From Rebecca billardiae RCC1528 (Eukaryota > Protista > Haptophyta): a stretch of DNA of 64,000 bases. The translations under genes and the position numbers were made by a program. Below, in pieces: positions 45,004-55,347 of the stretch; the first letter of the stretch is position 1; each line of letters begins with the position of its first letter. The DNA lies in contig OZ251241.1 of the NCBI GenBank assembly GCA_965240325.2, positions 310,001 through 374,000 on the forward strand, given 5' to 3'. Under the pieces are notes generated by a model, which saw only the letters and a list, made by a program, of their open reading frames with translations, was not told the DNA's origin and made no database searches.

Positions 45004-45591
45004 TCACCTCGTGCGCAGGAGCCAGGTCCGCTTCGAGCCGCCCAAGCTCCTCCGCGCCTTCCTCGCGCGCGGCAGCGCGCTCGGCCTGACGGCCACGTGC
45101 GCGCGCGCCTCACGCCGAGCAGCAGCGGCAAGCGCGAACGCAGCGGTTTGCCGAGCAGGCTTGCTCGCGGCGGCATCGGCCGAGGCTGCGCGCCACTTGG
45201 CCTCGGCCACGCCGAGCAGCACCCTAAGTGCAGCCATCGTCTCGGCGGCCGCCGCCGTCCGTTCGGCTGCTGCAGCGTGCTCCGCGTGCAGCTGCTTCTC
45301 GAGTCTCGGCACGGCGCTCAGCTCGCAGCTCTTGCGCACGTTCGCCTCCGACAGTTCGGCAACGTGGATCGCGAGCAGGTCGGCGCTGCCGTCCACGGCA
45401 GCAATGCTTGCCGCCGAGAGCTGCGTGCCGTGCGGCGGGCGCCGCGGCGCGGGCGGGCGGGTGGCGGGCGATGAGCGATGGGCCGGGCCAGCGATCGGCG
45501 TCTCGTCGACGAGTGCGGGCAGCTGGTGGCGAGCTCCGGCTTGCACGGGCAGCAGGGAGGTGGAAGGGTGAGGGCAGCGGGCAGTCGGCAC
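45004..45591 (-). CDS. Probable exon of a hypothetical helical/coiled-coil protein
   Basis: ADLLAIHVAELSEANVRKSCELSAVPRLEKQL...LRVLLGVAEAKW looks coding. Exon structure unresolved. Confidence 0.3.
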   Translation of the reverse strand: MPTARCPHPSTSLLPVQAGARHQLPALVDETPIAGPAHRSSPATRPPAPRRPPHGTQLSAASIAAVDGSADLLAIHVAELSEANVRKSCELSAVPRLEKQLHAEHAAAAERTAAAAETMAALRVLLGVAEAKWRAASADAAASKPARQTAAFALAAAARREARAHVAVRPSALPRARKARRSLGGSKRTWLLRTR

Positions 45592-46339
45592 GGCCAGGCG
45601 GCGGTAGTGACACGACGGCGGTCAACACGGAGGGGTCGAGCCGCGGGCACGTGGTCTCGGCAGCTGCCGCGCGGGCAGCTGGGTCATGCGGGGCGGCGCT
45701 GCAGGTTGCACCCGCCGTGTGAGGCGTCGAGCCGCATCCGCTCTGAGGGCTCGATCTGGGCGGTGGACACGAACGCCGTAAGCGGAGTGCTGCAGGCGGG
45801 GCCGCGAGAGGCGGGGCCGCAACAACTTCCGCCGTTATCGCCGGGCGGCGACGCCTAGTCGCCGCCCTCCTCGCGCGCCATCGCAGTGATCTGACCCCAC
45901 ACGCCTGGCATCATCGCCTCGGAGAAGTGCTAGTGCCGCGCAGCTCCAAACTCGAGCGGCGTGCGTGCTCGGAGCAGCAGCCGGCTGCGGATCAGGCTTC
46001 AGTCGAATGCATACGCACCTGTGGCTGCCGTGCATGGCCTCCTCACCGAGGAAGAAGGGTGTTCTGTGGCCATCCATAAAAAAAGGTGCGCACTGGCGCC
46101 CGAGCCGCCCGCGCGGCACGCGACCTCAACTGCACCTGTTCCGATCTCGAGCTGTGGGCAGGGCGGGGTGTCTTGGATCGATGGGGAGACGCTCGGGGAA
46201 ATTCGTCGGGGTAGTCTGGGACTGCGCGCGCACGCTCCCCGCCCTTCAGCGCGCCGCGCGTCGCCATGCTGAATTTCCGCGAGCGGGCGGGTGCAGGGGG
46301 GGGCCCGTAACGACATCTTTTCCGAAATCTTGCGCTGTG

Positions 46340-46340
<1 letters not shown>

Positions 46341-46383
<43 letters not shown>
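46341..46383. repeat. (TA)n microsatellite abutting duplication copy B
   Basis: Direct inspection. Confidence 0.95.
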
Positions 46384-46386
<3 letters not shown>

Positions 46387-47276
46387 CGGCTACGCCGATC
46401 TTCGGGTAGTGAACAACGAAGTTGGGGGCGCACGGCCCTAGTGGCTAGTGCTCAGAGTCACCGATCACGCAGCTTGTGAATGTGAGCAGCAGCCGCGGCT
46501 TGTGACGACACGGTCGGACGGTCGGACGGTGCCGGTGCGGCGGGGGCAGCGGCGGCGCGACGGCGTCGGCGGTGGCGCGCTCGCACAGCGTCCTGCAGCA
46601 CGTAAGCGCAGCGTGACTGCGTGTGCAGCAGCGCGCCGCTCAGCTCCCGCCGCTCCACGCCGCCGCAGCGGCGCGCGCGGCGCGCGCCCGCTTCGGCCGC
46701 GGCCGCGCCCGCCACCGTCCGTCGCGCCGCCGCCAGCTGCTGCGCCGTCGGTGACGGCGGCGGGTCGAGTGCGGAGAGGAGGTGGATGAGCCAGTGCAGC
46801 CCGGACTGCGTGACGTCCACGTCCACCACCGCGTCCTCCTTCGCCACCGCCATCTCCTCCGCCCGCCCCGCCCCCCAGCGGCGGTCCCACCACCCAGGCG
46901 GCGACCGGCCCGGCGCGCGCTGCGGGCGCCCGCGCGCCGCCGCTGCCGTCGGCGGCGGCGATCGCGGCGGCGAGCGGCGATCGCGGCAGCCCGTCGGGCG
47001 GCGGCGGCGGCGCGCCGCCGCCCTCCGCTCCGCCCTCCGACGCCGCCCTCCGACGCCGCCCTCCGACGCCGCCCTCCGACGCCGCCCTCCGACGCCGCCG
47101 CCTCCGATCCGCCCCGCCGCCGCCGGGCGACTGCGCTCGGATGACGAACCGGCTGGGCGGCAGCGACCAGCCGCGTGGGCGGCGTGACGCGACGCGCTCT
47201 CCGCCGCTGACGGAGGAGTTGACGGAGGTCGTGCGCGCGAGGTCGGCGGCGGTGTGCGCGGCGGCGCTGGGCGAGT
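46381..47276 (-). repeat. 896-bp segment, copy B (inverted partial gene duplicate) flanked by TA runs
   Basis: Reverse complement of 37338-38233. (TA)n on the left, TATATATATAATT on the right. Confidence 0.9.
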
Positions 47277-47738
47277 ATATATATAATTTCTCGCCACTGA
47301 TTATTAAATATATCGGCGGACGCCATCGCAGACGGTGACGAGAGTCAGATACCAATTGTATGCGCGCGCAGACGAATACGATGAACGGCCGGTGAGAGCC
47401 CGCTGAGATGCATGCAGCATCATGGCGGCGGATGCGCCATGCGGAGCGGCGCTGCCACAGTCAGCCAGCAGCGCGGCCCGCACGGTCCGGCTCAGGTTCT
47501 AGTCCTCGCCGCATGCAACGGGTGCATGTGTGGATCTCAGCGACGACAGCTCGAGCCGACGCGCCGGCCATCCCATCAGCCACCCACACCTGCTCAAGCG
47601 CGCAGCCGGCTGCCGTACCTGCGTACGGTATCGCCTGATCGGTCTGCCGTGCACGGCGCCAAGCCGCTCAGCTCGCGACGCTGTGTGCAGCCTTCGCTGC
47701 GCGACTTGTTCGGACGTGTGGCCGGGGCGTGGCGGCGG

Positions 47739-48812
47739 TCATAGCTCCACGGGCTCCGCGGCCACCTTCTGGAGCAGGTCCTGCAGCTGCCGCGCCGTGT
47801 CGGCGATCGTCTGCACCTGCGGGAACGACTCGAGCGCCGACTTGAGCACAGGCAGCGCGCCCGCGTCGACCGCGTGGTGGCGCAGGCCGCGCATGTCCAC
47901 GTCCGGCACCTCCTGCATGCAGTCGTACAGCACGCCGAGCCCCTGCAGCTGCGTCTCGACGTGCGCCGGCACGAGCGTGAGCGAGCGCAGCAGCCGGCGC
48001 ACCCCGTCCGCGCGCACGACGAGCGCATTCTTCGCCTCGCCGTGCCTGTAGCACACGTGCAGCAGCGTGCGCAGCGCAATCGGCGCCACCTTCTCGTGCA
48101 CCTCCTCCCACTTGGCGACCAGCTCGAGCGAGGCGGCGATGGCCTCGGGCACGCCGAGCTCGGCCGCGCCGTCCTGCATCTCGGGGTTGCCGTCGGCCAG
48201 CGCGCCGAGCACCATCAGCCCGCGCACGAAGAGCGTCGGCTCGGGCGGCTTCTCCTTGGTCGCGCCCTTGGCCGCCGCCATCCACGTGTGCAGCGGCGCG
48301 AGGACGGAGCCCATCAGCGAGTCCTCGTTGAACGAGGCGAGGGCGGCCTTCTTCGACTCGGGAGCCCCCAGCACGCGGTACAGGAGCTGGTACGCGGGCA
48401 CGACGAAGCTCGACTCCTGCGGGTGCTGCACGAGCCCCTCGCACACCGCGTGCAGCCCGCGCTCGCGCACAATCTCCTCGAGCGTCTCGCCACGCTTGGA
48501 CGCACCCGAGCGCGTGAGGTCGAGGAAGGAGATGATCGACTCCATCTGCTCCGCAGGGTCGGTGAGGTTGTCGTTCATGTGCTTCACGATTCGTGCCGTG
48601 CCAACGATGTTGAGCACATGCGGCTTCGGCTTGTTCGCCTCAATGTGTGCGATTGCCGCAGCGATGAGCAGGATCACGCACGCGACGCCGCGGAAATGCC
48701 AGTAGTACACCTCGCCCACGGCGAAGGTGAAGAGCACGGGCGGCGTCAGCTTGAGCCACGAGAACGGCACCGGCTGGTTCTTCTTCGACTTTGGGATCTT
48801 TGGCATCGACAT
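47739..48812 (-). CDS. Membrane-anchored ARM-repeat protein
   Basis: MSMPKIPK start, two N-terminal TMs, then ARM-like repeats (IVRERGLHAVCEGLVQHP, AVDAGALPVLKSALESFP). Confidence 0.7.
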   Translation of the reverse strand: MSMPKIPKSKKNQPVPFSWLKLTPPVLFTFAVGEVYYWHFRGVACVILLIAAAIAHIEANKPKPHVLNIVGTARIVKHMNDNLTDPAEQMESIISFLDLTRSGASKRGETLEEIVRERGLHAVCEGLVQHPQESSFVVPAYQLLYRVLGAPESKKAALASFNEDSLMGSVLAPLHTWMAAAKGATKEKPPEPTLFVRGLMVLGALADGNPEMQDGAAELGVPEAIAASLELVAKWEEVHEKVAPIALRTLLHVCYRHGEAKNALVVRADGVRRLLRSLTLVPAHVETQLQGLGVLYDCMQEVPDVDMRGLRHHAVDAGALPVLKSALESFPQVQTIADTARQLQDLLQKVAAEPVEL

Positions 48813-48983
48813 GGCGACTCCGCCTGTGGCGCGCCCTCGCGACCGGCGACGACGAAATGTCTGGACCGCGGCAGCCCTCCTCGGTCGCTCGGCTCCGCCC
48901 AATGACGATGGATGAGTACCAGGAAACGGCCGCATTCCGCCCACTGTGGGCGCCGCGGCGGCGTTGTAACGTCATCATTCGGA

Positions 48984-50276
48984 ATGGGCGCGCGCGATGG
49001 CGGGACCCTCCGGGCACTGGGGACGGTGCTTCTGGCGACCGTGGCAAACGAAATGGCGCGCGGCGAGCCACGCGATCCGCACGCCGAGCATCTAACGCGC
49101 GCAGCGGTCGCCGCCTCCACGGGCGCCCCCGCCCTGTTGTATGAACGCGACGACCACGCGTGGCTGGCGACCGCGCGTGGCGACTACCTCGCGCTGGCCG
49201 CTGAGTTCAACAGGCACAGCCTGAACGCGCGCGGCGCGGCGCACAGCGAGTACACGCCGGCCGTCGCAGACGGCCCTGCCGCGCGCATGCACTACCTCAG
49301 CGGCCGGCTCGCGTGCTACTTTGGTCACGCCGCGAACGCGACACGCTCGCTGCGCCACTCGCTCAGCCTCGAGCCAGCGCAGTTCAGCGTGCACGTCACG
49401 CTGGCGAAGATCGCGCTGGGTCAGGGAAAATGGGAGGAGGCGCAGGAGGCACTCGCTGGCGCGATGGCTCTCGAGCCGCGCCACTGGCAGCCGCAGTTGC
49501 TCTGGGCATACGCGCGCCGCCGCGCTCGCGCGCATCGGGATGCGCGCGATGAGGCGGCGGAGCGCGCAGCGTGTGCGCACCTCGACGCGGCTGCGAAGCA
49601 CGGCATAAAGGGGCCGGCGCGTGGGCTCGCGCGCGTGTGCACGGAGCGCGGCGCGCTGCCGCCCGCCGACGATCCGGAGCTCGGCCCTGCAGCGGACGCG
49701 GACGCCGCGCACGCAGCGTTTGCGCAGCACAAGTATGCGCTTGTGCGCGCACTGCTGCCGTCCAGGCTGGCACGCACCGTGCGCGCGTGGCTCGCGCACC
49801 TGCTCAGGAAGGAGCGGCGCGAGCCGGGCTCGGCCGCGAGCTTCCAGCCAAAGTCTGGCCGGTGGGAGCTGCACCCCGAGCCGCTGAGCACGCTCCTGAA
49901 CTGCCTGCTTGCCGAGTGGGCCTCGGCTGCCACGGGCGAGGACCTCGTACCCACGTACCCGTTCCCGATTGCTTACGAGCGCGGCGGCTCCATACACCCG
50001 CACCTGGACGTGGAGGACAACAACATCTCGCTCACGTACCAGGTGGCGATTCGGCCGGCAGGCGCGGTGTGGCCACTCTACTTCCTCGACCCACGCGGTG
50101 CAGACCTGACCGCGCTCGACGCTTCCGATGCGCACGCTCTTGCGCTTGCAGACAACGATGGCGTGCTGTACCGCGGGCCGCAGCTGGTGCACTGGCGTGA
50201 GCCAAGGCAGCTCAACCTCACGCAGGTCGTCTTTGGCTTTCGGCGCGTCGACGAGAACTCGTGCAACAACCAGTAG
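48984..50276 (+). CDS. TPR plus 2OG-Fe(II) oxygenase-like protein, probably secretory
   Basis: TPR helices (SLSLEPAQFSVHVTLAKIALGQGKWEEA...AMALEP), then LVPTYPFPIAYERGGSIHPHLD (HxD)...WPLY...DGVLYRG..LVHWREP. Confidence 0.75.
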   Translation: MGARDGGTLRALGTVLLATVANEMARGEPRDPHAEHLTRAAVAASTGAPALLYERDDHAWLATARGDYLALAAEFNRHSLNARGAAHSEYTPAVADGPAARMHYLSGRLACYFGHAANATRSLRHSLSLEPAQFSVHVTLAKIALGQGKWEEAQEALAGAMALEPRHWQPQLLWAYARRRARAHRDARDEAAERAACAHLDAAAKHGIKGPARGLARVCTERGALPPADDPELGPAADADAAHAAFAQHKYALVRALLPSRLARTVRAWLAHLLRKERREPGSAASFQPKSGRWELHPEPLSTLLNCLLAEWASAATGEDLVPTYPFPIAYERGGSIHPHLDVEDNNISLTYQVAIRPAGAVWPLYFLDPRGADLTALDASDAHALALADNDGVLYRGPQLVHWREPRQLNLTQVVFGFRRVDENSCNNQ

Positions 50277-50742
50277 TATGCGCGTACTCGTGGCAAGCAG
50301 CCACCCGTCGCATCATCGCTCTGCGGCACCCAGACGATGGATGACGACAACGCGACGCGCGCCGCCGTCATATTTCGTCACGCAGCGTCGCGTCGGCGGC
50401 TCCGGCATGACCGGATGGCAATGGCGCGACGCGCGCGGCCATCATGATCATATCAGCAGCAGTCTGCGACTGTCAAAATGATGCGTAGCGACGATGTAAC
50501 TACGACTACAGTAGTTACTGCTGATGATGTGTCTCACGCTGAGTGAACCGTGAGTGACGAGCGGCCCCGGACTGGAGCAGCCTGCGGCGGTCGAGTGTCG
50601 ATCTTGGCCGGTATGTGCCGCCCGATCACGCTGCTGATCCCGCGCGGTCGCGGAGCCCGTAGTGCACTAGAATCACTAGATGCTGAGCTGATCGTACCGA
50701 TGCCGCCCCGGGGCCGGGCCTGCTGCTCATCAGCTTCAGAGA

Positions 50743-53700
50743 TCATGCTGCTTGCTGCTGCTGCTTGACGAGGACGCTGATGACCGCCGCTTGCTGCTCG
50801 AAAGCGCGGAGTGCCGCGGCCGAGACGACACCAGCGACCGCGCAGCCGCGCCCGTCTTCGACGGCGTCAGCGGGCTCGGAGGCACTCGCGCCGGCCGCCG
50901 CCTCAGGCAGCGCCCGCGTGCTCGGAGCCGGATCAGAGTCGTCCGCGCCACCGCGGTCGTCTTCCTCCGCGCCAGGCGCGAGCTGCGCGACCAGAGCGGC
51001 AGCCTCGGCCGCGAGCGTGCTGGCTGGACGGCGCCGCGCGGCCGCGCCAAGCGCGCTGCGCTCGAGGTGCTCGACGAGGTGCGCGCACAGCGCTGGCGAC
51101 GCTCGCGTGCGAGCGCGCACGCACGCGAGCTTGGCGCTCAGCGTGCGGACGGTGCGCGCACTCGCCGGCAGCGCGGCGAGCAGCGCGCCGAGGCGCGCGC
51201 TGACGAGCGCGTCTGGCGCCGGCTGTGCGACCAGGGCCTTGGCGGCGTCCGCAGCGAGGGCGGCGACGTGTACGCCGTCGCTCGCCGACTCGAGCGTGGG
51301 CAGCGCGCGCTCGAGCACGCCGGCGAGGTGGTTGCCCACGCTCGAGCTCGGCTCGAGGCACGCGGCGAGCAGCGCGCGGCACAGCGCGCGGCCCACGCCA
51401 TCGTGTGCGCTGATCGTCTCGAGCACGCGCGTGCCCCGCTCGACCACGCTGGGCTCGGGGTCTGCCAGGGCGGGCAGCAGCAGCGACACGACCGGCCGAC
51501 AGCGGCGCACGCTGAAGAGCGCCTCGAGCAGCTCGAGCGCGCGCACGCGGCACGCGCCGCCCACGTCCGGCCCGGCCGGCAGCAGCGCTCGGTACAGCAG
51601 CCGCTCAGACTCGGCGTGGCCGAGCGCGCCCAGCTCGGCGCCGACGTCGAGGAGGCCGTGCACCGCCTCGATGGCGGCGAAGCGAACGCAGGCGTGCTCG
51701 GACGGGCGCTGCAGCACCGCTGCCAGGGCGCGCTCCGCCGTCGGATCGTAGTAGCGGTCCTCGGGCGCCGCCTCGGCCCAGCTCTGCAGCAGCGCGCCGA
51801 GCGCGCGCGTCGCGGCGACGCGGCAGCGCGGGTGCGAGCGCTCGTCTTCGAGTGACGAGGCGAGCAGCCGCGAGGCGGGCGCGCACGCGCGCTCGAGGTG
51901 CGCGCGCAGGGTCTCGCGCGCGCCCTTCTCGCGCTCGAGCCGCGCGATCTCCTCGCTCATGTAGTCCTCGTCCTCCAGCCCGCCGCCCACGTCGGCAGCG
52001 TCAGCGGCGCATGCGCCCACGCCTTGCGCATGCGCGCGCGCGCCGGTGCCGGCTGCCGCGTCGGCACCCGCCTCCATCGCGCCATCGACGGCGCTCGGCG
52101 CGCTCGAGATGAGCGCGAGCGCGGCGCACACGCTCGCGGACACCTGGCCGACCGCGGTCAGCAGGTTCGCGTGGCAGCGGCTCGCGGCGCGGCCGTCACC
52201 GTCTGCCAGCGCCTTGGCGGACGTCGCCTGCCTCCCGATGAAGCCCGCCAGCTGGTGCGCGACGCACACGGCCGCCTCCATCGCGAACGTGGCCTCGGGC
52301 GCGTTCGTCGCGGCGGGGATGGCGTCGAGCGGCGCGGGCACCGAGCAGCGCATGCACGCCCACGCCAGCGCCTCCGCCGTGTGCTGCGTCTCCCACGCGT
52401 CCATGCGCAGCAGGAAGCGCGCGGACGCGTGCAGGTGCAGCTCCCGCGCGATGGCGGCCGCGCTGCCTCGCTCGTGACACGACGCGGCCACGTGCCGCGC
52501 GAGCGCGAGGCCGAGCCTGCGCGCCTCGGCGTCCGGTGAGGCGCACGCGCCGAGCGCGAGCTGGCCCGCGCGCGAGAGCGTGGGCGGCGCGACGTCCGCC
52601 GCCTCGCAGCGCACGAGCAGCTCGAGCTCCGCCAGCCCAGCCGCCAGCGCGGCCGCGCTCCGGGGCTCGGCCGGCTGCGGCTGCTCGGGCGCGCTGCAGA
52701 GGCTCTCCCGCTCGAGCTGGTGCACGAGCTGCTCGACGCGGTGCTGCAGCAGCGCGGAAGGGCACTCGCGCAGCACGACCCCGGCGCCGTGCGTCACCGA
52801 GCGCGAGCGACTCGCGCGCACCGCGCCGGCCAGCGCGCTGACTCGCCGCGTGCGATCGACATGCGCCACGAGCGCGCGCCTGCAGTCCCGGCTCGTCACC
52901 GCGCCGCCCAGCAGCTGCGCGACGGCGTGGGAATGGAGGTTGGCGCGGCCGAGCACGCCGACGACCCGCCCGCGCGTCTCCTCGTCGGTCACCGCCGACG
53001 GCGCGGGCAGCAGCATCTGGATCAGCGCGCCGCTCATCTGCTCCGGCAGCGAGCGCTGCTGCGGCTCCAGCCGAGGCAGCGCGGCGCTCAGCGCGTCCAG
53101 GCACGCGACGCGCACGGTCTTGCTGGCCGAGTGCAGCGAGGATGCCTCGCGCGAGAGCTCGGTGAGGAGGAGCGACAGCGTCTCGTCGTCCCCGACGGCC
53201 GCGGCGATCGTGCCGAGCGAGGCGACGTACGGCGCACGCACCGTGCTGTCGACGCTCGCGCTCAGCGCGCAGTGCAGCGTGACGAGCGCGCGCGCATGCG
53301 CGGCGCCGTCCGCGCAGCTGCGGGCGGCGAGTGCGGCGGACGCGTCGATGAGCTTGCGCTTCGCACCGCCCTTCTTCGGCAGGCTGCCGAGCACGTCGCA
53401 CACGTGGCAGATCACCGGCGTGAGCGCGAGCGTGTCGATCTTGGTCGCGAGCTGCACGAAGAGCGCGCCGAGCAAAGTGCCCTGCTCGGCGCTACCCGCG
53501 ACGATCTCGCGCAGCACGGCGTCGAGCAGGACGTACACGCCGGCCAGAGTCTGCGCCGACACGTCGGCGGCGAGCGCGACAGCCGCCTCGACGACGCACT
53601 CACTGAGCGCGTTGGCCTTGGCACGCGAGAGCGCATGCACGACGCGACACACGTCGTCATCGCCCGCGGGGCGGCGCAGGAGCGCCGTGATCTCGCGCGT

Positions 53701-53781
53701 CGCCGCGTCGCGCTGCGCCTTGCTCAGCCGTCCGCCGTCATGCGCAAGCGCCGCCTCGACGGCCGTCGTCGCCGTCGCCAT
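50743..53781 (-). CDS. Large HEAT-repeat protein (possibly condensin non-SMC subunit-like)
   Basis: 1012-aa ORF with HEAT motifs (SKTVRVACLDAL, SPDAEARRLGL, LADPEPSVVERG). Specific family is a guess. Confidence 0.6.
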   Translation of the reverse strand: MATATTAVEAALAHDGGRLSKAQRDAATREITALLRRPAGDDDVCRVVHALSRAKANALSECVVEAAVALAADVSAQTLAGVYVLLDAVLREIVAGSAEQGTLLGALFVQLATKIDTLALTPVICHVCDVLGSLPKKGGAKRKLIDASAALAARSCADGAAHARALVTLHCALSASVDSTVRAPYVASLGTIAAAVGDDETLSLLLTELSREASSLHSASKTVRVACLDALSAALPRLEPQQRSLPEQMSGALIQMLLPAPSAVTDEETRGRVVGVLGRANLHSHAVAQLLGGAVTSRDCRRALVAHVDRTRRVSALAGAVRASRSRSVTHGAGVVLRECPSALLQHRVEQLVHQLERESLCSAPEQPQPAEPRSAAALAAGLAELELLVRCEAADVAPPTLSRAGQLALGACASPDAEARRLGLALARHVAASCHERGSAAAIARELHLHASARFLLRMDAWETQHTAEALAWACMRCSVPAPLDAIPAATNAPEATFAMEAAVCVAHQLAGFIGRQATSAKALADGDGRAASRCHANLLTAVGQVSASVCAALALISSAPSAVDGAMEAGADAAAGTGARAHAQGVGACAADAADVGGGLEDEDYMSEEIARLEREKGARETLRAHLERACAPASRLLASSLEDERSHPRCRVAATRALGALLQSWAEAAPEDRYYDPTAERALAAVLQRPSEHACVRFAAIEAVHGLLDVGAELGALGHAESERLLYRALLPAGPDVGGACRVRALELLEALFSVRRCRPVVSLLLPALADPEPSVVERGTRVLETISAHDGVGRALCRALLAACLEPSSSVGNHLAGVLERALPTLESASDGVHVAALAADAAKALVAQPAPDALVSARLGALLAALPASARTVRTLSAKLACVRARTRASPALCAHLVEHLERSALGAAARRRPASTLAAEAAALVAQLAPGAEEDDRGGADDSDPAPSTRALPEAAAGASASEPADAVEDGRGCAVAGVVSAAALRAFEQQAAVISVLVKQQQQAA

Positions 53782-53860
53782 CCGAGCAAGAAGGGCGTGG
53801 GGCAGCCGAACGCGTTCGTCCTCGAGCGCGCCCAGGCTTTGGTGCTCGCTTTGACTTGAC

Positions 53861-54968
53861 CAAGGGAGTCAAGGGTGCCCGCGCCCCAGTGGCGCGCTCG
53901 GCGGATGTTGGGATACACCTTTTTGCCCGCGGCCTGCGGCGGGCGGCGGCGAGGGCGTGCTCCGCTGGCGGGGCGAGCGCACGGGGCACGGCGCTGCGGG
54001 CGCGGATGTGCCCGCGAAGCCGGCGCGTGCAGACGGGCTGTTGCGGGAGAGTATTCGGCGCCCTCCTGCGCCGCGCGACTTGCGCCACGCCTCTTTCGCC
54101 TCGGCTCAGAGCAGCGCGCACGCTCGCGCCGCCTCAAGGCCAGCCTTGCCGCGCCGCAGCCGGCCGGCCGCGCGCCGTGCGCGGCGCGGTCGGGAAGGAA
54201 CGGGCGCTGCTGCCGGGCGAGATGGCAAACGCATGTGCGCACGCCATGCCGCCCCGCGGCGCCGCGAAAGAGCACGAGAACGGATCCGCACAGCTGTTGA
54301 CGAGTGCTGATCACTTGTCGTGCACGAAGCCAGACCTGAGCTCGCAGAAGATGATGAAAGAGCATCAGCGCGAGGAAAGCGTCGCACCCAGCACTTCTAC
54401 ATGAACACGCGGTGATGAACATGCATGTAAGAGTAGCCCGCGTGCCCGTCTGGCACTATTCTGTGTCTCAATGATCGTCCCAACAAGGGTCACGACCGCG
54501 CAGCCGTGCACACCATTTGTGACAAGTCGAAGAGGCATGCAAACAGACCGACGACACGCTCATCAAGGCGCCGCGGGGCGGCATGGCGTGCGCATATGCC
54601 TTTGCCATCTCGCCCGGCAGCAGCGCCCGTTCCTTCCCGACCGCGCCGCGCACGGCGCGCGCGCGGCCGGCTGCGGCGCGGCAAGGCTGGCCTTGAGGCG
54701 GCGCGTGCGTGCGCGCTGCTCTGAGCCGAGGCGAAAGAGGCGTGGCGCAAGTCGCGCGGCGCAGGAGGGCGCCGAATACTCTCCCGCAACAGCCCGTCTG
54801 CACGCGCCGGCTTCGCGGGCACATCCGCGCCCGCAGCGCCGTGCCCCGTGCGCTCGCCCCGCCAGCGGAGCACGCCCTCGCCGCCGCCCGCCGCAGGCCG
54901 CGGGCAAAAAGGTGTATCCTCACATCCGGCGAGCGCGCCACTGGGGCGCGGGCACCCTTGACTCCCTT
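53861..54968. mobile_element. Foldback element FB-3 (same CAAGGG-terminus family)
   Basis: Inverted arms 53861-54263 and 54567-54968 with a 303-bp spacer. Ends CAAGGGAGTCAAGGG...CCCTTGACTCCCTT. CTTGAC repeated at 53855-53860 and 54969-54974. Confidence 0.85.
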
Positions 54969-55347
54969 CTTGACACCGGGCGCGCTGTCGATCGTGCGAG
55001 CGCTGCCGCAAAACGCGCTGTCGACCGAATATCCGCAAACTCACATTCATTGACGAACTTCAAATCGCGAGCCTGATTTTATCAGGCTCGCCTTTTCATG
55101 GTGGGAATTGGAAACTGCTGATGAGCGCAGATTTGGCCTTTTCCGCTTTTTGAGCCTTTTTCCCATCAGGCGCCATCGTGGCGACATTGCCACCGTGCCA
55201 CGGGATCACGGCCGAGCGACCGAACAGGCACGTGCTCGGCGCGCGCCGCATCCCGCGGGCGGTCTCGGCCTTCGGTGGGCTCCGGGTCGGCGCCGCGCTG
55301 GTCCCTCGAGCGCTCCGAGCGGGGTAAATACACCCCTCCCCGGCGCC

